The notes beneath the pieces are model-generated. The model was not told where the DNA came from. It was given only the letters and a program-made list of their open reading frames with translations, and made no database searches. DNA of 64,000 nucleotides, taken from positions 1 to 64,000 of IMG/VR virus record IMGVR_UViG_3300042869_000676, one strand, 5' to 3'. Each line of letters begins with the position of its first letter. Positions within the stretch are counted from its first letter, which is position 1. Below, piece by piece: positions 1 to 9,175 of this stretch. The translations under genes were made by a program, and so were the position numbers. The DNA comes from a virus.

Positions 1-930
1 ATTAGCATTTCCGACAAGAGAAGTCTTAGTCCTTCACTGTTTTATTCTAACAGCAATTATTGTATTCTCATCGCGGACAAAAAAAAGAGTCTTTTCGCCA
101 AAGCTCGCTGGATTCAAAAAAATTCAACCTTTGGAGACAAAAAAGGTTTTTCCGTCGTTGTTCTTACTCCAGAAGAAGCTAAAGCATTTTTAACTTCTTA
201 CACTACTTGCAATCGCATTTTCCTTTCTTCTACTACCAAAGAATTGAAATCTGACGAAGCGAAGGCTTCTGAGGCTCGCATTGTATTTGCCAAAGACACT
301 TACGGTTACAAACCTTTTGTTACTCAAGCTAATCTTCCAGAAGGTAAGTTTTATTACGTTAAACTGCAAAACAAAGATCGCCGCTTTTATTGTGAGATTG
401 CTGGTCAAGAATTTACCAGACATCACTCTTTCGAGTTCTTTCACAAGTTGCATGAATTGAAAATCATTGACCAAACTCATGTTTATGGTGTTCAAGATGA
501 TTCAAATTTGGGCGACGAAGCAATCAACCTTGTAACTCTAGTTGAGGATTACATTAAAAAACAATTAAAAATGCACGGCAGCGTGATCTCTCAAAATCAC
601 GAAAACAACTATCGCGCATCTAAATTTAGAAGTTCCGTAAAAAATGTTGCTGATAGGCTTGACAAGAAGCATCCTTTGAATATGTTCTACGGAACTGAAC
701 CTGTAACTGATAAACAATTCTCTCTTGAACAAGAGAGTTTCATGGAGTTACTTCGCATGACCAACAAATCTTCCTCAGAAACTATTGACAAAACCAAAAT
801 TGATGCTGAGTATGATGCTCTCGTTAAGAAGTATCCAATAGTAATGATGTTCTCAAACTACTATGGTTACCATAACGAAGAGCACTGCAAAAACATGGTC
901 GATTACATTTCCCTGATTGATAAACAATAA
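1..930 (+). CDS. rIIA-like protein, C-terminal part (5' truncated by window)
   Basis: Frame 1 is open from base 1 to TAA at 930; it lies directly upstream of a clear rIIB homologue, the usual rIIA-rIIB order. Confidence 0.55.
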   Translation: MSISDKRSLSPSLFYSNSNYCILIADKKKSLFAKARWIQKNSTFGDKKGFSVVVLTPEEAKAFLTSYTTCNRIFLSSTTKELKSDEAKASEARIVFAKDTYGYKPFVTQANLPEGKFYYVKLQNKDRRFYCEIAGQEFTRHHSFEFFHKLHELKIIDQTHVYGVQDDSNLGDEAINLVTLVEDYIKKQLKMHGSVISQNHENNYRASKFRSSVKNVADRLDKKHPLNMFYGTEPVTDKQFSLEQESFMELLRMTNKSSSETIDKTKIDAEYDALVKKYPIVMMFSNYYGYHNEEHCKNMVDYISLIDKQ

Positions 931-956
931 CAACAAAACTAAACTAAGTTATCTAT

Positions 957-2078
957 ATGAATAAGCCAGCCTACATTATGCGCGATGATTCCATTACCGT
1001 TTTCGTTAATGGTCGTCCTTATACCGTCGAGAAGTCTAATCCAAACTTCTTTGCTCTACGCAAAGCCTTGATCGACGCGAACTATGCCGATATTCCTAGT
1101 CTTGTGAGCGTTGAGCACAAGATCGTCAACTTCTCTCATGGCAAACTTCGCGTTGCTGATGGCGAAGTGTTCTATGGCACTGAAAAGCTACATGGCGTTG
1201 TTGTAACGAAGTTGCTTGAGCTGTTGAAGGCTGGAGCTAAAGATGCTGAGCCTTTGCTAAACTTCATTAGCAATCTCATGTCTAACGTTTCGGCCAACTC
1301 AGTCAACGAACTCTATTCGTTCTTGTCTTACAAGTCGCTTCCAATCACGCCAGAAGGAAATTTCCTCGCTTACAAAGGAGTTAAAAATGATTTTTATTCC
1401 AGCAGCGGCAACACTTCAACCGTTGTTGTTCAAGGCAAAGTGAACGAATCAGGTCACATCTTGAACGCTATTGGCTCTACTATCGAAGTTGCTCGTCGCT
1501 CTGTTGACGACAACAAAGACAATCACTGCTCGTTTGGCTTGCACGTTGGTAGCTTTGATTACGCTCAGAACTGGGCTGGGCCAACTGGACGTTTGCTCGT
1601 TGTGGAGGTTAATCCAGCCGATGCTGTGAGCGTTCCAACTGACTGCTCTTTCCAAAAACTGCGCGTGAGCAAGTACAAAGTTATCTCTGACATTACTCCA
1701 GAGCGCAAAGAGATCAGCGAGCCTATCTATAACGAAGGTGATTGCGATGATTGCGACGAGTGCGGCTGCGATAGCGTCGATGATAGTGGCCTCGATAGAG
1801 CTGAACGGGTGGACGATAACAACGATTCTCGTGACATTGATTGGCGTCACGAAGCTATCAAACTTAAAGTTGGCAATTACATCGAAAATGCTATCAACAA
1901 TGAAATTTATCCATCGTTGTCTAGTATTATGAACGATGCTATTAATGGATATGATGTTGAGTACGATGAGCTTGCTGACATCATCTTTGAGTTGGGCTAC
2001 GACACCAACGAAAACACTCTTCGTGCCGATGGCTCTCGCGTCAGCACGGATGACGCGGTGATCGTTGAGTCATTCTGA
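957..2078 (+). CDS. rIIB: rIIB-like protein
   Basis: Motifs FLAYKGV, VDDNKDNHCSFGLHVGSFDYA and VEVNPADAVSVPTD...KLRVSKYKV are typical of phage rIIB. Confidence 0.85.
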   Translation: MNKPAYIMRDDSITVFVNGRPYTVEKSNPNFFALRKALIDANYADIPSLVSVEHKIVNFSHGKLRVADGEVFYGTEKLHGVVVTKLLELLKAGAKDAEPLLNFISNLMSNVSANSVNELYSFLSYKSLPITPEGNFLAYKGVKNDFYSSSGNTSTVVVQGKVNESGHILNAIGSTIEVARRSVDDNKDNHCSFGLHVGSFDYAQNWAGPTGRLLVVEVNPADAVSVPTDCSFQKLRVSKYKVISDITPERKEISEPIYNEGDCDDCDECGCDSVDDSGLDRAERVDDNNDSRDIDWRHEAIKLKVGNYIENAINNEIYPSLSSIMNDAINGYDVEYDELADIIFELGYDTNENTLRADGSRVSTDDAVIVESF

Positions 2079-2079
2079 T

Positions 2080-2388
2080 ATGAAACTTAATCCACTTGTT
2101 CAAAAACTAGAAAATGCGAATACGACTGAACTCGATATTGCCTTTGCTCTCTTAAAGTATAAAGAGATCGGCATTTATCGTAAGATTCAAGCCTTGTGCT
2201 TGAGCTTCAACCTGAATCTTGATGAAGTCCTTCAAGGGCTTCCTCAAGAGGAAGGGCGAGTATTAGATTGGGACACTCGCCATTTTATTCATCACTACAT
2301 GATTATCAGAGCAAATGAGCTTCAATCTATTGATAGAACGCAATATCCTCACGATATTGTTAAGCAATCTTTTCACGAACAAAACTAA
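2080..2388 (+). CDS. hypothetical protein
   Basis: ATG at 2080, tightly packed in operon. Confidence 0.7.
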   Translation: MKLNPLVQKLENANTTELDIAFALLKYKEIGIYRKIQALCLSFNLNLDEVLQGLPQEEGRVLDWDTRHFIHHYMIIRANELQSIDRTQYPHDIVKQSFHEQN

Positions 2389-2699
2389 TGGACACACTAC
2401 AACTCACAACTAATGGAGTAGCAGCTAACAAGAACTGGTTTGAGATTTGGAATCTTGAACGAGACGGTACGCTTCGCAACTGCATTAACTTCTATGATTT
2501 CGCTTTGGACAATGCCGCAGCATGGGCGGCGCATTGCTTCACCTCAGAAACGGCGCGAACAGAGGAGCCTTATCAAATCGTTCACGCCTTTAAAGACGAC
2601 TCTGGCAAGATTCAGCGCAACGTTCCTGTTGTGGTGGATTCTAAAGACGTTGCTTCTTTACTATCTAGGGTGAGATCAAAAGTTATCAAGGGCGAATAA
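2388..2699 (+). CDS. hypothetical protein
   Basis: TAATG coupling with upstream gene. Confidence 0.7.
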   Translation: MDTLQLTTNGVAANKNWFEIWNLERDGTLRNCINFYDFALDNAAAWAAHCFTSETARTEEPYQIVHAFKDDSGKIQRNVPVVVDSKDVASLLSRVRSKVIKGE

Positions 2700-2721
2700 T
2701 TTAAATTAATTTTTATTCACC

Positions 2722-3066
2722 ATGAATAGACAAGACCTGTTTGAGCATCACCAAACGCTCTGCAAGCGAGCGTTTGAGATCATGCAAGCCAAAAACAACG
2801 ACTATGCTGGGAGCAAAGGCGACGTTCCGTTTGCCAACTTTCAGCGGTGCGAAGCTATGGGAGTCTGCACTACTGAACAAGGTTTTCTTGTTCGTATCAT
2901 TGACAAGGTATCTCGTCTTAGCACGTTTGCCCAAGATGGAAAGCTCTTGGTTAAAAACGAAAGCTATGAAGATGCTATCTTGGACATCTTAAACTACTGC
3001 GTCTTAATGTCCGCTTACATCAAAGGTAAGCAAGAAAGCAAATCAACTGATAGCGATGCCAGTTAA
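2722..3066 (+). CDS. DUF1599 / nucleotide-modification-associated (MazG-like fold) protein
   Basis: KNNDYAG...PFANF...VRIIDKVSRL...ESYEDAILDILNY pattern. Confidence 0.65.
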   Translation: MNRQDLFEHHQTLCKRAFEIMQAKNNDYAGSKGDVPFANFQRCEAMGVCTTEQGFLVRIIDKVSRLSTFAQDGKLLVKNESYEDAILDILNYCVLMSAYIKGKQESKSTDSDAS

Positions 3067-3306
3067 TCTATAACCAGCATCAAAAGGTCGAATAAATAAG
3101 CCTGTTGGCATTCCCAACACATCAATCTTATGATTGTATTCTCTAACTAAATGATCGGAGAAGTCCCCGAAAGTTCCATTGCCAGAAGCAGCGTAACCAG
3201 TAGCAGAGTAAAGTCCAGTGATTTGTGTCTTGTAGCTAGACCAATCTCCAGACACAATGCTATAATTATTATGTATATCTGCTTGTAATAATCGGGGACT
3301 ATCCAT
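3043..3306 (-). CDS. hypothetical late protein (antisense to surrounding operon)
   Basis: ATG at 3306 preceded by the GTGTAA late motif (3320-3315). Confidence 0.6.
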   Translation of the reverse strand: MDSPRLLQADIHNNYSIVSGDWSSYKTQITGLYSATGYAASGNGTFGDFSDHLVREYNHKIDVLGMPTGLFIRPFDAGYRLTGIAIS

Positions 3307-3415
3307 ATTATATATTACACTTAATGTTATCAATCTTGATTTTCATAATAGTGCTATGCCACTTATGGAATCGCCCAAACTATTTTACTAGACGAGATCG
3401 TTGGTAAAACAATTA

Positions 3416-3490
3416 GCTTCAGTAGCTCAGTGGTAGAGCACTCGCCTTGTAAGCGAGCGGTCATCGGTTCGACTCCGATTTGAAGCTCCA
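3416..3490 (+). tRNA. tRNA-Thr(UGU)
   Basis: GCTTCAG/TTGAAGC acceptor stem, D-arm AGCTCAGTGGTAGAGC, anticodon loop CTTGTAA, GGTTCGACTCC, encoded CCA. Confidence 0.95.
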
Positions 3491-3497
3491 TTTTTAT

Positions 3498-3854
3498 ATG
3501 CAAAAAATACTCATAAACCCAGAAGTTGGCGGATTCTATATGTCTCTGGAAGCTAAGGAAATGTATCTCAAAGCGAAAGGTATTCCTTACACAATAGAAG
3601 ACGGTTACGCTGGCGACGGTTACGCTGGCGGTAAATATGTTCGTAGCGAAGTTGTTTTTTATAATTTAAAACGCGACGATGAAACTTTGTTAAAGATTTA
3701 CGAAGAGATTGGTTGCGAAAGGTTTTCTGTTCTTCATGTTTGTATTCGTATCGTAGAAGTGCCAGATGATGTTGAATGGATAATTTGCACAACTGATTAT
3801 GGTCACGAATGGGTCGCCGAAAAACATCGCACTTGGTTTTACAAAGAACAATGA
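3498..3854 (+). CDS. conserved phage hypothetical protein
   Basis: ATG after tRNA; C-terminal IVEVPDDVEW...YGHEWVAEKHRTW is common in large phages; carries a DGYAG tandem duplication. Confidence 0.7.
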   Translation: MQKILINPEVGGFYMSLEAKEMYLKAKGIPYTIEDGYAGDGYAGGKYVRSEVVFYNLKRDDETLLKIYEEIGCERFSVLHVCIRIVEVPDDVEWIICTTDYGHEWVAEKHRTWFYKEQ

Positions 3855-4084
3855 ACTCCGAATGGACAAAACAAAATCCTGATAGTGCAGCGCAGTTGAT
3901 TCACGAACTGCTCTTAACTCAAGATGATTGGCGAACAATGGCAGAAGATATGTTTGAGCACGTCTGCGAACTTCGCGCTATAAATTCATGGATGGAAGAT
4001 ACCACCGAAGGAAACGCAAAAGAATTAAAAATTCTTGACGATGTGATTAAAAGATTTCAGGAACTAAAATCAAAATCTCCTTAA
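3851..4084 (+). CDS. hypothetical protein
   Basis: ATGA overlap with upstream stop. Confidence 0.65.
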   Translation: MNSEWTKQNPDSAAQLIHELLLTQDDWRTMAEDMFEHVCELRAINSWMEDTTEGNAKELKILDDVIKRFQELKSKSP

Positions 4085-4096
4085 AAAGTGTTGACT

Positions 4097-4519
4097 TTAA
4101 TTCTTTTTCCTCCATCCATCAGTAATGGAGTGACAATTTGGGCAAAGCAATTTTAAATTTAAAGGATCATTATTTGTTCTATTTTTATCAACATGATGAA
4201 TTTCAAGTTTTATTAGTTGCCCTAACCATTCAGTATTTTCGCAAGATTCACAAGCATGACCTCTTTCTTTTATTAAATGCGGTTTTACATAAGACGCTCT
4301 AGAATAATTAGACCAACCTTTTAATCTCTTACCTTTATTCCATTTAGAACCAGTCCAATGAGAAGTATCTATTTCCAATTTCTCTATTAAAGAATGAATT
4401 GTGTAGTAATTTCCCCCGACGCATTTTAAATTTAAATTTCTAAGAAGTTCAGCAATACTCTTGACTTTCTTCGCCAAATCAATAACTTGCTCATCAGTGT
4501 AGTTTCTGTATTTTCTCAT
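4097..4519 (-). CDS. HNH homing endonuclease
   Basis: CESC...LEIHHVDKNRTNNDPLNLKLLCPNCHS; free-standing beside tRNA-Leu. Confidence 0.9.
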   Translation of the reverse strand: MRKYRNYTDEQVIDLAKKVKSIAELLRNLNLKCVGGNYYTIHSLIEKLEIDTSHWTGSKWNKGKRLKGWSNYSRASYVKPHLIKERGHACESCENTEWLGQLIKLEIHHVDKNRTNNDPLNLKLLCPNCHSITDGWRKKN

Positions 4520-4582
4520 ACTGTATATTACACCAATAGGCAATCGTTTCTACTAAAAACTTATCGCATTACAAATCTTTTT

Positions 4583-4670
4583 GGCCGAGTGATGGAACTG
4601 GCTATACATAAGCGACTTAAAATCGCTTGCCCTTTAGGGATTATGGGTTCGACTCCCATCTCGGCTACCA
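4583..4670 (+). tRNA. tRNA-Leu(UAA)
   Basis: GGCCGAG/CTCGGCT acceptor, anticodon loop CTTAAAA, long variable arm, GGTTCGACTCC, encoded CCA. Confidence 0.93.
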
Positions 4671-4677
4671 TTTTACA

Positions 4678-5259
4678 ATGAAAACATTCTTTACTAGCGA
4701 TACCCATTTTGGGCACGCGAACATTATCAAATACTGCAAACGCCCTTTCTCTTCGACAGAAGAGATGGACAATGCCCTTATTCATAACTGGAACAGTGTT
4801 GTTGGTCCAGAAGATACAGTGTATCATCTTGGCGACTTTGCTGTGGGTGGCGGTCCTGCCGCTCCTTATCTTCGTCGCTTAAATGGCAAAATTCATTTCT
4901 GCTTAGGCAACCATGATAAACGTCTTGTTAAGATGTATCTTGATATTGAATTGGAGCTTCAAAGCTATCTAAATGAAGCGGTTCAGTTCGGGACACCATA
5001 CCTCCGAGAAGTAACAGTTGAGAAACAAAAGATTATCTTGTGTCACTATGCTATGAAAGTATGGAACGGCAGTCACAAAGGTAGCTGGCAACTTTACGGA
5101 CACTCGCACGGCACTCTCCCTGACGACCCAAATGCTCTTGGCTGCGATGTTGGCGTAGATTGCTGGAACTACTTTCCAGTATCTATGGAACAACTTCGCG
5201 CCAAGATGAAAACTAAGAATTACAAATCTATTGATCACCACGGTTCACAAACTTCATAA
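4678..5259 (+). CDS. calcineurin-like metallophosphoesterase
   Basis: FTSDTHFGH, HLGDF, GNHD, LCHY, GHSHG motifs. Confidence 0.9.
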   Translation: MKTFFTSDTHFGHANIIKYCKRPFSSTEEMDNALIHNWNSVVGPEDTVYHLGDFAVGGGPAAPYLRRLNGKIHFCLGNHDKRLVKMYLDIELELQSYLNEAVQFGTPYLREVTVEKQKIILCHYAMKVWNGSHKGSWQLYGHSHGTLPDDPNALGCDVGVDCWNYFPVSMEQLRAKMKTKNYKSIDHHGSQTS

Positions 5260-5263
5260 CTAT

Positions 5264-5539
5264 ATGAAAATCAAATTTAAACCAAAATTTTCTCCTGAGT
5301 TTGAGGCGGAGCATCTTGATACATTGGACTTTCAATGGTCTGGAGTGGACGAAGATGGATATCAGCATATGTACTGTAACATAGCACAGGTTATTGAAGA
5401 AAACGGAGAAATGTTTATTGAGTGGAACGGAAGAAAATATCCGGCATATCATTTTTTACATTGCGATCATTTGGATGATTATTTTTCTATGGACTCTGTA
5501 AGAGTTGTTAAAGGCGGAAAATACATAACACATGAATAA
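5264..5539 (+). CDS. hypothetical protein
   Basis: Operon packing, ATG 5264. Confidence 0.6.
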   Translation: MKIKFKPKFSPEFEAEHLDTLDFQWSGVDEDGYQHMYCNIAQVIEENGEMFIEWNGRKYPAYHFLHCDHLDDYFSMDSVRVVKGGKYITHE

Positions 5540-5861
5540 CAAACAAAAAGAAATTGTGCAGTTCCCAAAAGGACTTCATATTTACCACTACAATCGAAAA
5601 AATCAGAAAGTTGGCGTGTTTGCCGCTACTGAAACAAAATCTCTTGAAGGCTATTACAGCATTGGTTGGTCTTTATGTAACGTTAATACCGGCGACGTTT
5701 TCGATAAGAACTTGGCCAAGAAGATTGCGTATGATCGCGCCATTGCGTTGTCTAGTGCTGCGCTTCCAATCTCTATGCTAGACTCCTATTTTAAATTCAA
5801 TTTAATTGCCGCCAAGTATTTCAAAGACAAAAAATTCATTGGTAACGTTTTTTGTGGATAA
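5532..5861 (+). CDS. hypothetical protein
   Basis: Operon packing; IGWSLC...D.FDK..AKKIA..RA motif seen in phage proteins. Confidence 0.65.
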   Translation: MNNKQKEIVQFPKGLHIYHYNRKNQKVGVFAATETKSLEGYYSIGWSLCNVNTGDVFDKNLAKKIAYDRAIALSSAALPISMLDSYFKFNLIAAKYFKDKKFIGNVFCG

Positions 5862-5867
5862 AAACTA

Positions 5868-5895
5868 TTGACATTCTCAAAAACTCTGCTACTTT
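5868..5895 (+). promoter_or_regulatory. sigma70-type promoter, leaderless arrangement
   Basis: TTGACA-16-TACTTT, then 7 nt to ATG 5903. Confidence 0.7.
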
Positions 5896-5902
5896 TCTAA
5901 GT

Positions 5903-6082
5903 ATGAAACTTAACCCTGACAATCGTTACATTCAAAAGTTCTTCAATTACGATTATGAAAAATGGGATGATGAGATTATCAAGAACAATCCATCTTGCAT
6001 CTTTCATCTGATCGAGGTTGTGAAGAATAACCCAGATGACGAAAACAACTTGTTACGAAAATTTAATCTTGACTTTCTGTAA
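5903..6082 (+). CDS. hypothetical protein
   Basis: ATG directly after promoter. Confidence 0.6.
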   Translation: MKLNPDNRYIQKFFNYDYEKWDDEIIKNNPSCIFHLIEVVKNNPDDENNLLRKFNLDFL

Positions 6083-6097
6083 AAACCGCTCTACTCT
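6069..6097 (+). promoter_or_regulatory. sigma70-type promoter, leaderless arrangement
   Basis: TTGACT-17-TACTCT, then 7 nt to ATG 6105. Confidence 0.7.
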
Positions 6098-6104
6098 TCT
6101 GCTC

Positions 6105-6413
6105 ATGGAAACTTATAAAGTAATTGTTGACGAAGATAAAAACATTTATTGGTCTAACGATAAAGACCAACTCCATCGCCTTGATGGACCCGCTGTTGAA
6201 TATGCTGATGGCTCTAAAGAATGGTATGTTGATGGTAAACTCCATCGCCTTGATGGTCCAGCTATTGAATATACTGATGGTCATAAAGCATGGTATGTTA
6301 ATGGTGAAGATATGACCGAAAAAGAATTCAATGAATACATCAAACCCAAGCCATCTTGTGAAGGTAAGGTTGTTGAAGTGGATGGGGTCAAGTATAGGTT
6401 AGTTAAAGTTTGA
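6105..6413 (+). CDS. LHRLDGPA-repeat protein
   Basis: Two LHRLDGPA(V/I)EY.DG.K.WYV repeats, a known phage/giant-virus repeat family of unknown function. Confidence 0.75.
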   Translation: METYKVIVDEDKNIYWSNDKDQLHRLDGPAVEYADGSKEWYVDGKLHRLDGPAIEYTDGHKAWYVNGEDMTEKEFNEYIKPKPSCEGKVVEVDGVKYRLVKV

Positions 6414-6437
6414 CTTTCGCAAAAACTTTGACACTGT
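6410..6437 (+). promoter_or_regulatory. sigma70-type promoter, leaderless arrangement
   Basis: TTGACT-16-CACTGT, then 7 nt to ATG 6445. Confidence 0.55.
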
Positions 6438-6444
6438 ATATTCA

Positions 6445-6630
6445 ATGAAAAATATATATATGCTTTATAGTAACAACGACGGTGAATCAGTTGCGTTTGG
6501 TGATATCCAATACATTTCCGAACATATATCAACAGCTAAACCGAATCTCAAATCGGTATTGAAAATACTTAACGCACAAGACGATCTTATGCTTATGCAA
6601 GTTGTATCCAAACATGGACAAGAAAGCTGA
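6445..6630 (+). CDS. hypothetical protein
   Basis: ORF track, follows promoter. Confidence 0.55.
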   Translation: MKNIYMLYSNNDGESVAFGDIQYISEHISTAKPNLKSVLKILNAQDDLMLMQVVSKHGQES

Positions 6631-6772
6631 AACACATTTATTTTGGACAACATCCTCAAGTTCAGTTGGCGCATCGCGGTGGCGTAGCTTTGTGCGTAAA
6701 GCCGATTACGATCTCGCCATCAAAAAAATTCAACAACTCGAAAAACAATTAAAAAGAATTAAAAATACATGA
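6614..6772 (+). CDS. small hypothetical protein (52 aa, not in ORF track)
   Basis: MDKKAETHLFW...KRIKNT*, ATGA coupling to next gene. Confidence 0.55.
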   Translation: MDKKAETHLFWTTSSSSVGASRWRSFVRKADYDLAIKKIQQLEKQLKRIKNT

Positions 6773-7395
6773 AAACAACCGCAGAAGTTCGTTATGAGTT
6801 CAAAACCAGCGTTTCACTTGGTTATTCCAGTATGGACGCACCATCAGGTATTACTGAGATCGAAGGCAAAGTTTATGCTGATATTTTCGATAAATCTTTG
6901 GACGATACTCTTTCAAAGCTGATAGGAAACTTCAAAGTCATAAAAGCAGATCCAAATTTTGAATTTTATTCAACTATGGACCACGATCAAAATATAAATG
7001 ATATTGCTAATCATATCTTTGAGGAAAACCAAACCTCAAAACTTGAAGACCATTTTGGTTCAATTTATTTCGTAGAATCGTTCTTTATTGAAAAACAATG
7101 GCGTGGACGAGACATTTCTTTGATGGTTATGCAAGACTTCATGGAAAAACGCTCCGAAAATTGCTCTGTTTTTGTTCTTTGTCCTTATCCTCTTGACGAG
7201 CACGTTGCAAAAAATACAACAGAATCAGAAACAAAAGCTATTTCAAAGAAGTTAATCAAGCATTGGAAAAAGCTGGGCTTCGAAAAATTATTTGATGGTT
7301 ATTACTATTTGAATAATGCTTACGAGATGAAAAAAACAAATTTTAATTTTCAATTTGAAATCGAACCAATCACTCAAATCGCGCCTTCCGTTTAA
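6769..7395 (+). CDS. GNAT-fold acetyltransferase-like protein
   Basis: FIEKQWRGRDIS (motif A-like) and LIKHWKKLGF (motif B-like). Confidence 0.55.
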   Translation: MKTTAEVRYEFKTSVSLGYSSMDAPSGITEIEGKVYADIFDKSLDDTLSKLIGNFKVIKADPNFEFYSTMDHDQNINDIANHIFEENQTSKLEDHFGSIYFVESFFIEKQWRGRDISLMVMQDFMEKRSENCSVFVLCPYPLDEHVAKNTTESETKAISKKLIKHWKKLGFEKLFDGYYYLNNAYEMKKTNFNFQFEIEPITQIAPSV

Positions 7396-7410
7396 AACAA
7401 TTAAAAATAC

Positions 7411-7605
7411 ATGAAAGACGATACTCCAGCTATAATTGCTCTCCTCTTTGTTCTCGCTGCTCTTTGTTTTATGTTTGGTACTTTTATAGGCTCTAAGCTA
7501 GAAAGAGATCAAAAAAATATCGAAGCTGTAAAACGCGGCCATGCAACTTGGGTTGTCTCGACAGATGGGAGCACCACTTTTCAATGGAAAGAGAGCTGCA
7601 AATGA
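7411..7605 (+). CDS. small membrane protein
   Basis: N-terminal hydrophobic helix. Confidence 0.6.
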   Translation: MKDDTPAIIALLFVLAALCFMFGTFIGSKLERDQKNIEAVKRGHATWVVSTDGSTTFQWKESCK

Positions 7606-7823
7606 AACCGCAAATCAACGACGGAGGACCAGCTTTCCCCATGACTGGCGAAGGATGCCATAATCCGCTTTACTCTCAACCCGGAATGACGTTACGAGAT
7701 TATTTCGCAGGTCAGGCTTTGGCGGGTATGCCGTGGTCTTATGAAATTTCGCGCAAAGACCAAGCCCAAAAATGTTTTCAAATTGCCGACGCTATGCTCG
7801 CAGAACGGGAGACCAAAAAATGA
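7602..7823 (+). CDS. conserved phage small protein (DGGPAFP...GMTLRDYFAGQAL family)
   Basis: Recognisable motif; ATGA coupling. Confidence 0.75.
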   Translation: MKPQINDGGPAFPMTGEGCHNPLYSQPGMTLRDYFAGQALAGMPWSYEISRKDQAQKCFQIADAMLAERETKK

Positions 7824-8026
7824 AACATCATACTTTCGATGAAATCCAAGCTAAAGCCTATAAGCTAAACAACTTATGGAAAGAGTTTATAGCTTTGCTT
7901 GAGACCACAGAAGAAAGCGACTCTGGTAACGAGTTTCGCCCAAATTATATTGGTTCTTGCCGCACATTAGATGCCGACAGAATGAATCAAATCATCAAAG
8001 AAGCTAAAAAAGAGATTAGCAAATGA
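7820..8026 (+). CDS. hypothetical protein
   Basis: ATGA coupling. Confidence 0.65.
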   Translation: MKHHTFDEIQAKAYKLNNLWKEFIALLETTEESDSGNEFRPNYIGSCRTLDADRMNQIIKEAKKEISK

Positions 8027-8208
8027 AGACTTTAAAAGAATTAAAAATCGAAATGGAATTGGCTAGGGAAACTTACAACGAACACCTTAAAACCCTTGAG
8101 CCGTACAAACGAACCTATATTAAAGCTCTTGAAGCCTACGATAAAGCTCTGGACGATGCTCTTGAAGATGCTCATACCAATCAAGAAAAGAAGGCTAAAA
8201 ACAAATGA
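8023..8208 (+). CDS. hypothetical coiled-coil protein
   Basis: ATGA coupling. Confidence 0.6.
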   Translation: MKTLKELKIEMELARETYNEHLKTLEPYKRTYIKALEAYDKALDDALEDAHTNQEKKAKNK

Positions 8209-8756
8209 ACTCACCTGATCAACCATGCCAAACCACGCCCGCTGGCGATCTACGACAGCAAATACTGGATAGTCGCGTGCCAAAAAACGAACGCGAGTGG
8301 TGGGCTGCTAGGGAAATTGAAAAACTCGAACGCGAACTCACCGCCGCGAATGCGGAGTTGGCCATTGCCGAAAACTGGGTGGAGCACCACTCCAAACACG
8401 CCGACGATTTGATCTCCGAAAACGTCCGCCTCCGCGCCGAGGTGGAGCGGTTTAAGGAATGGCTCGCAGACCCGCACAACCTGCACGCTCACTGCCTCCG
8501 CACGCTTACCGAGGGTCAGATCGCGCACTTGTTCGGCGAGCGTATGACCGCAATCGTCAACCGCGCCGATAAAGCCGAGGCTGAATGTGTGAGGCTAAAA
8601 TCTCTCGGCAGTTGGGCGCATACTTGCGTTCACCACAACGATGCTGAAAGAAAAGCGGCGATGTGTTGCCCCGTTTGCGACTATTTTGGAAACGACAAAT
8701 TAATTACAGCAGAAAGAATTGAAGCGTGGCAAGCTGCGCTAAAGGATAACAAATGA
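8205..8756 (+). CDS. hypothetical mosaic coiled-coil protein
   Basis: ATGA coupling; GC-rich central part. Confidence 0.65.
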   Translation: MNSPDQPCQTTPAGDLRQQILDSRVPKNEREWWAAREIEKLERELTAANAELAIAENWVEHHSKHADDLISENVRLRAEVERFKEWLADPHNLHAHCLRTLTEGQIAHLFGERMTAIVNRADKAEAECVRLKSLGSWAHTCVHHNDAERKAAMCCPVCDYFGNDKLITAERIEAWQAALKDNK

Positions 8757-8956
8757 ACAAAACACCTACATCCCCAACTGACACAGAAATGCTCAACTGG
8801 CTCGACCAACAAGGAGACCATTACGAATGGAAAGTGCAGCTTCCAACTGACTACCCTAAAGTAGCCGATGCCGTTTTTATATGCCGCAACACAACAAGCG
8901 GTTACAAAACCATACGCGAAGCAATAAATTCAGCTATGAAAAATAGCAAACGATGA
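8753..8956 (+). CDS. hypothetical protein
   Basis: ATGA coupling; TDTEMLNWL...TIREAINSAM. Confidence 0.65.
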   Translation: MNKTPTSPTDTEMLNWLDQQGDHYEWKVQLPTDYPKVADAVFICRNTTSGYKTIREAINSAMKNSKR

Positions 8957-9138
8957 ATACTCCTCGCACCTATGATATTTTAAGTGCTAAAGCCTCTCTG
9001 CTCTCTAGTATGGGGCTTCGCTTAAAGTTATGGCAAGACGGCGAGTTGTGGAGATGGCAGTGGAACAACGGTTTAGCTGGCTGCACTGACGCCCAAACCA
9101 AAGCTGTTGCTTTAGTTTTCGCCTTAGAGAACATCTAA
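8953..9138 (+). CDS. hypothetical protein
   Basis: ATGA coupling. Confidence 0.6.
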   Translation: MNTPRTYDILSAKASLLSSMGLRLKLWQDGELWRWQWNNGLAGCTDAQTKAVALVFALENI

Positions 9139-9175
9139 CTAAACATCTAAAGACTCTAAGTGTAAACTAGAGTCT

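Noticed and set aside
4487-4681. ORFs overlapping tRNA genes (4487-4681; extended starts at 3480 and 4627)
   Set aside because: They overlap clear tRNAs; the true starts are the ATGs just after the tRNAs (3498, 4678)
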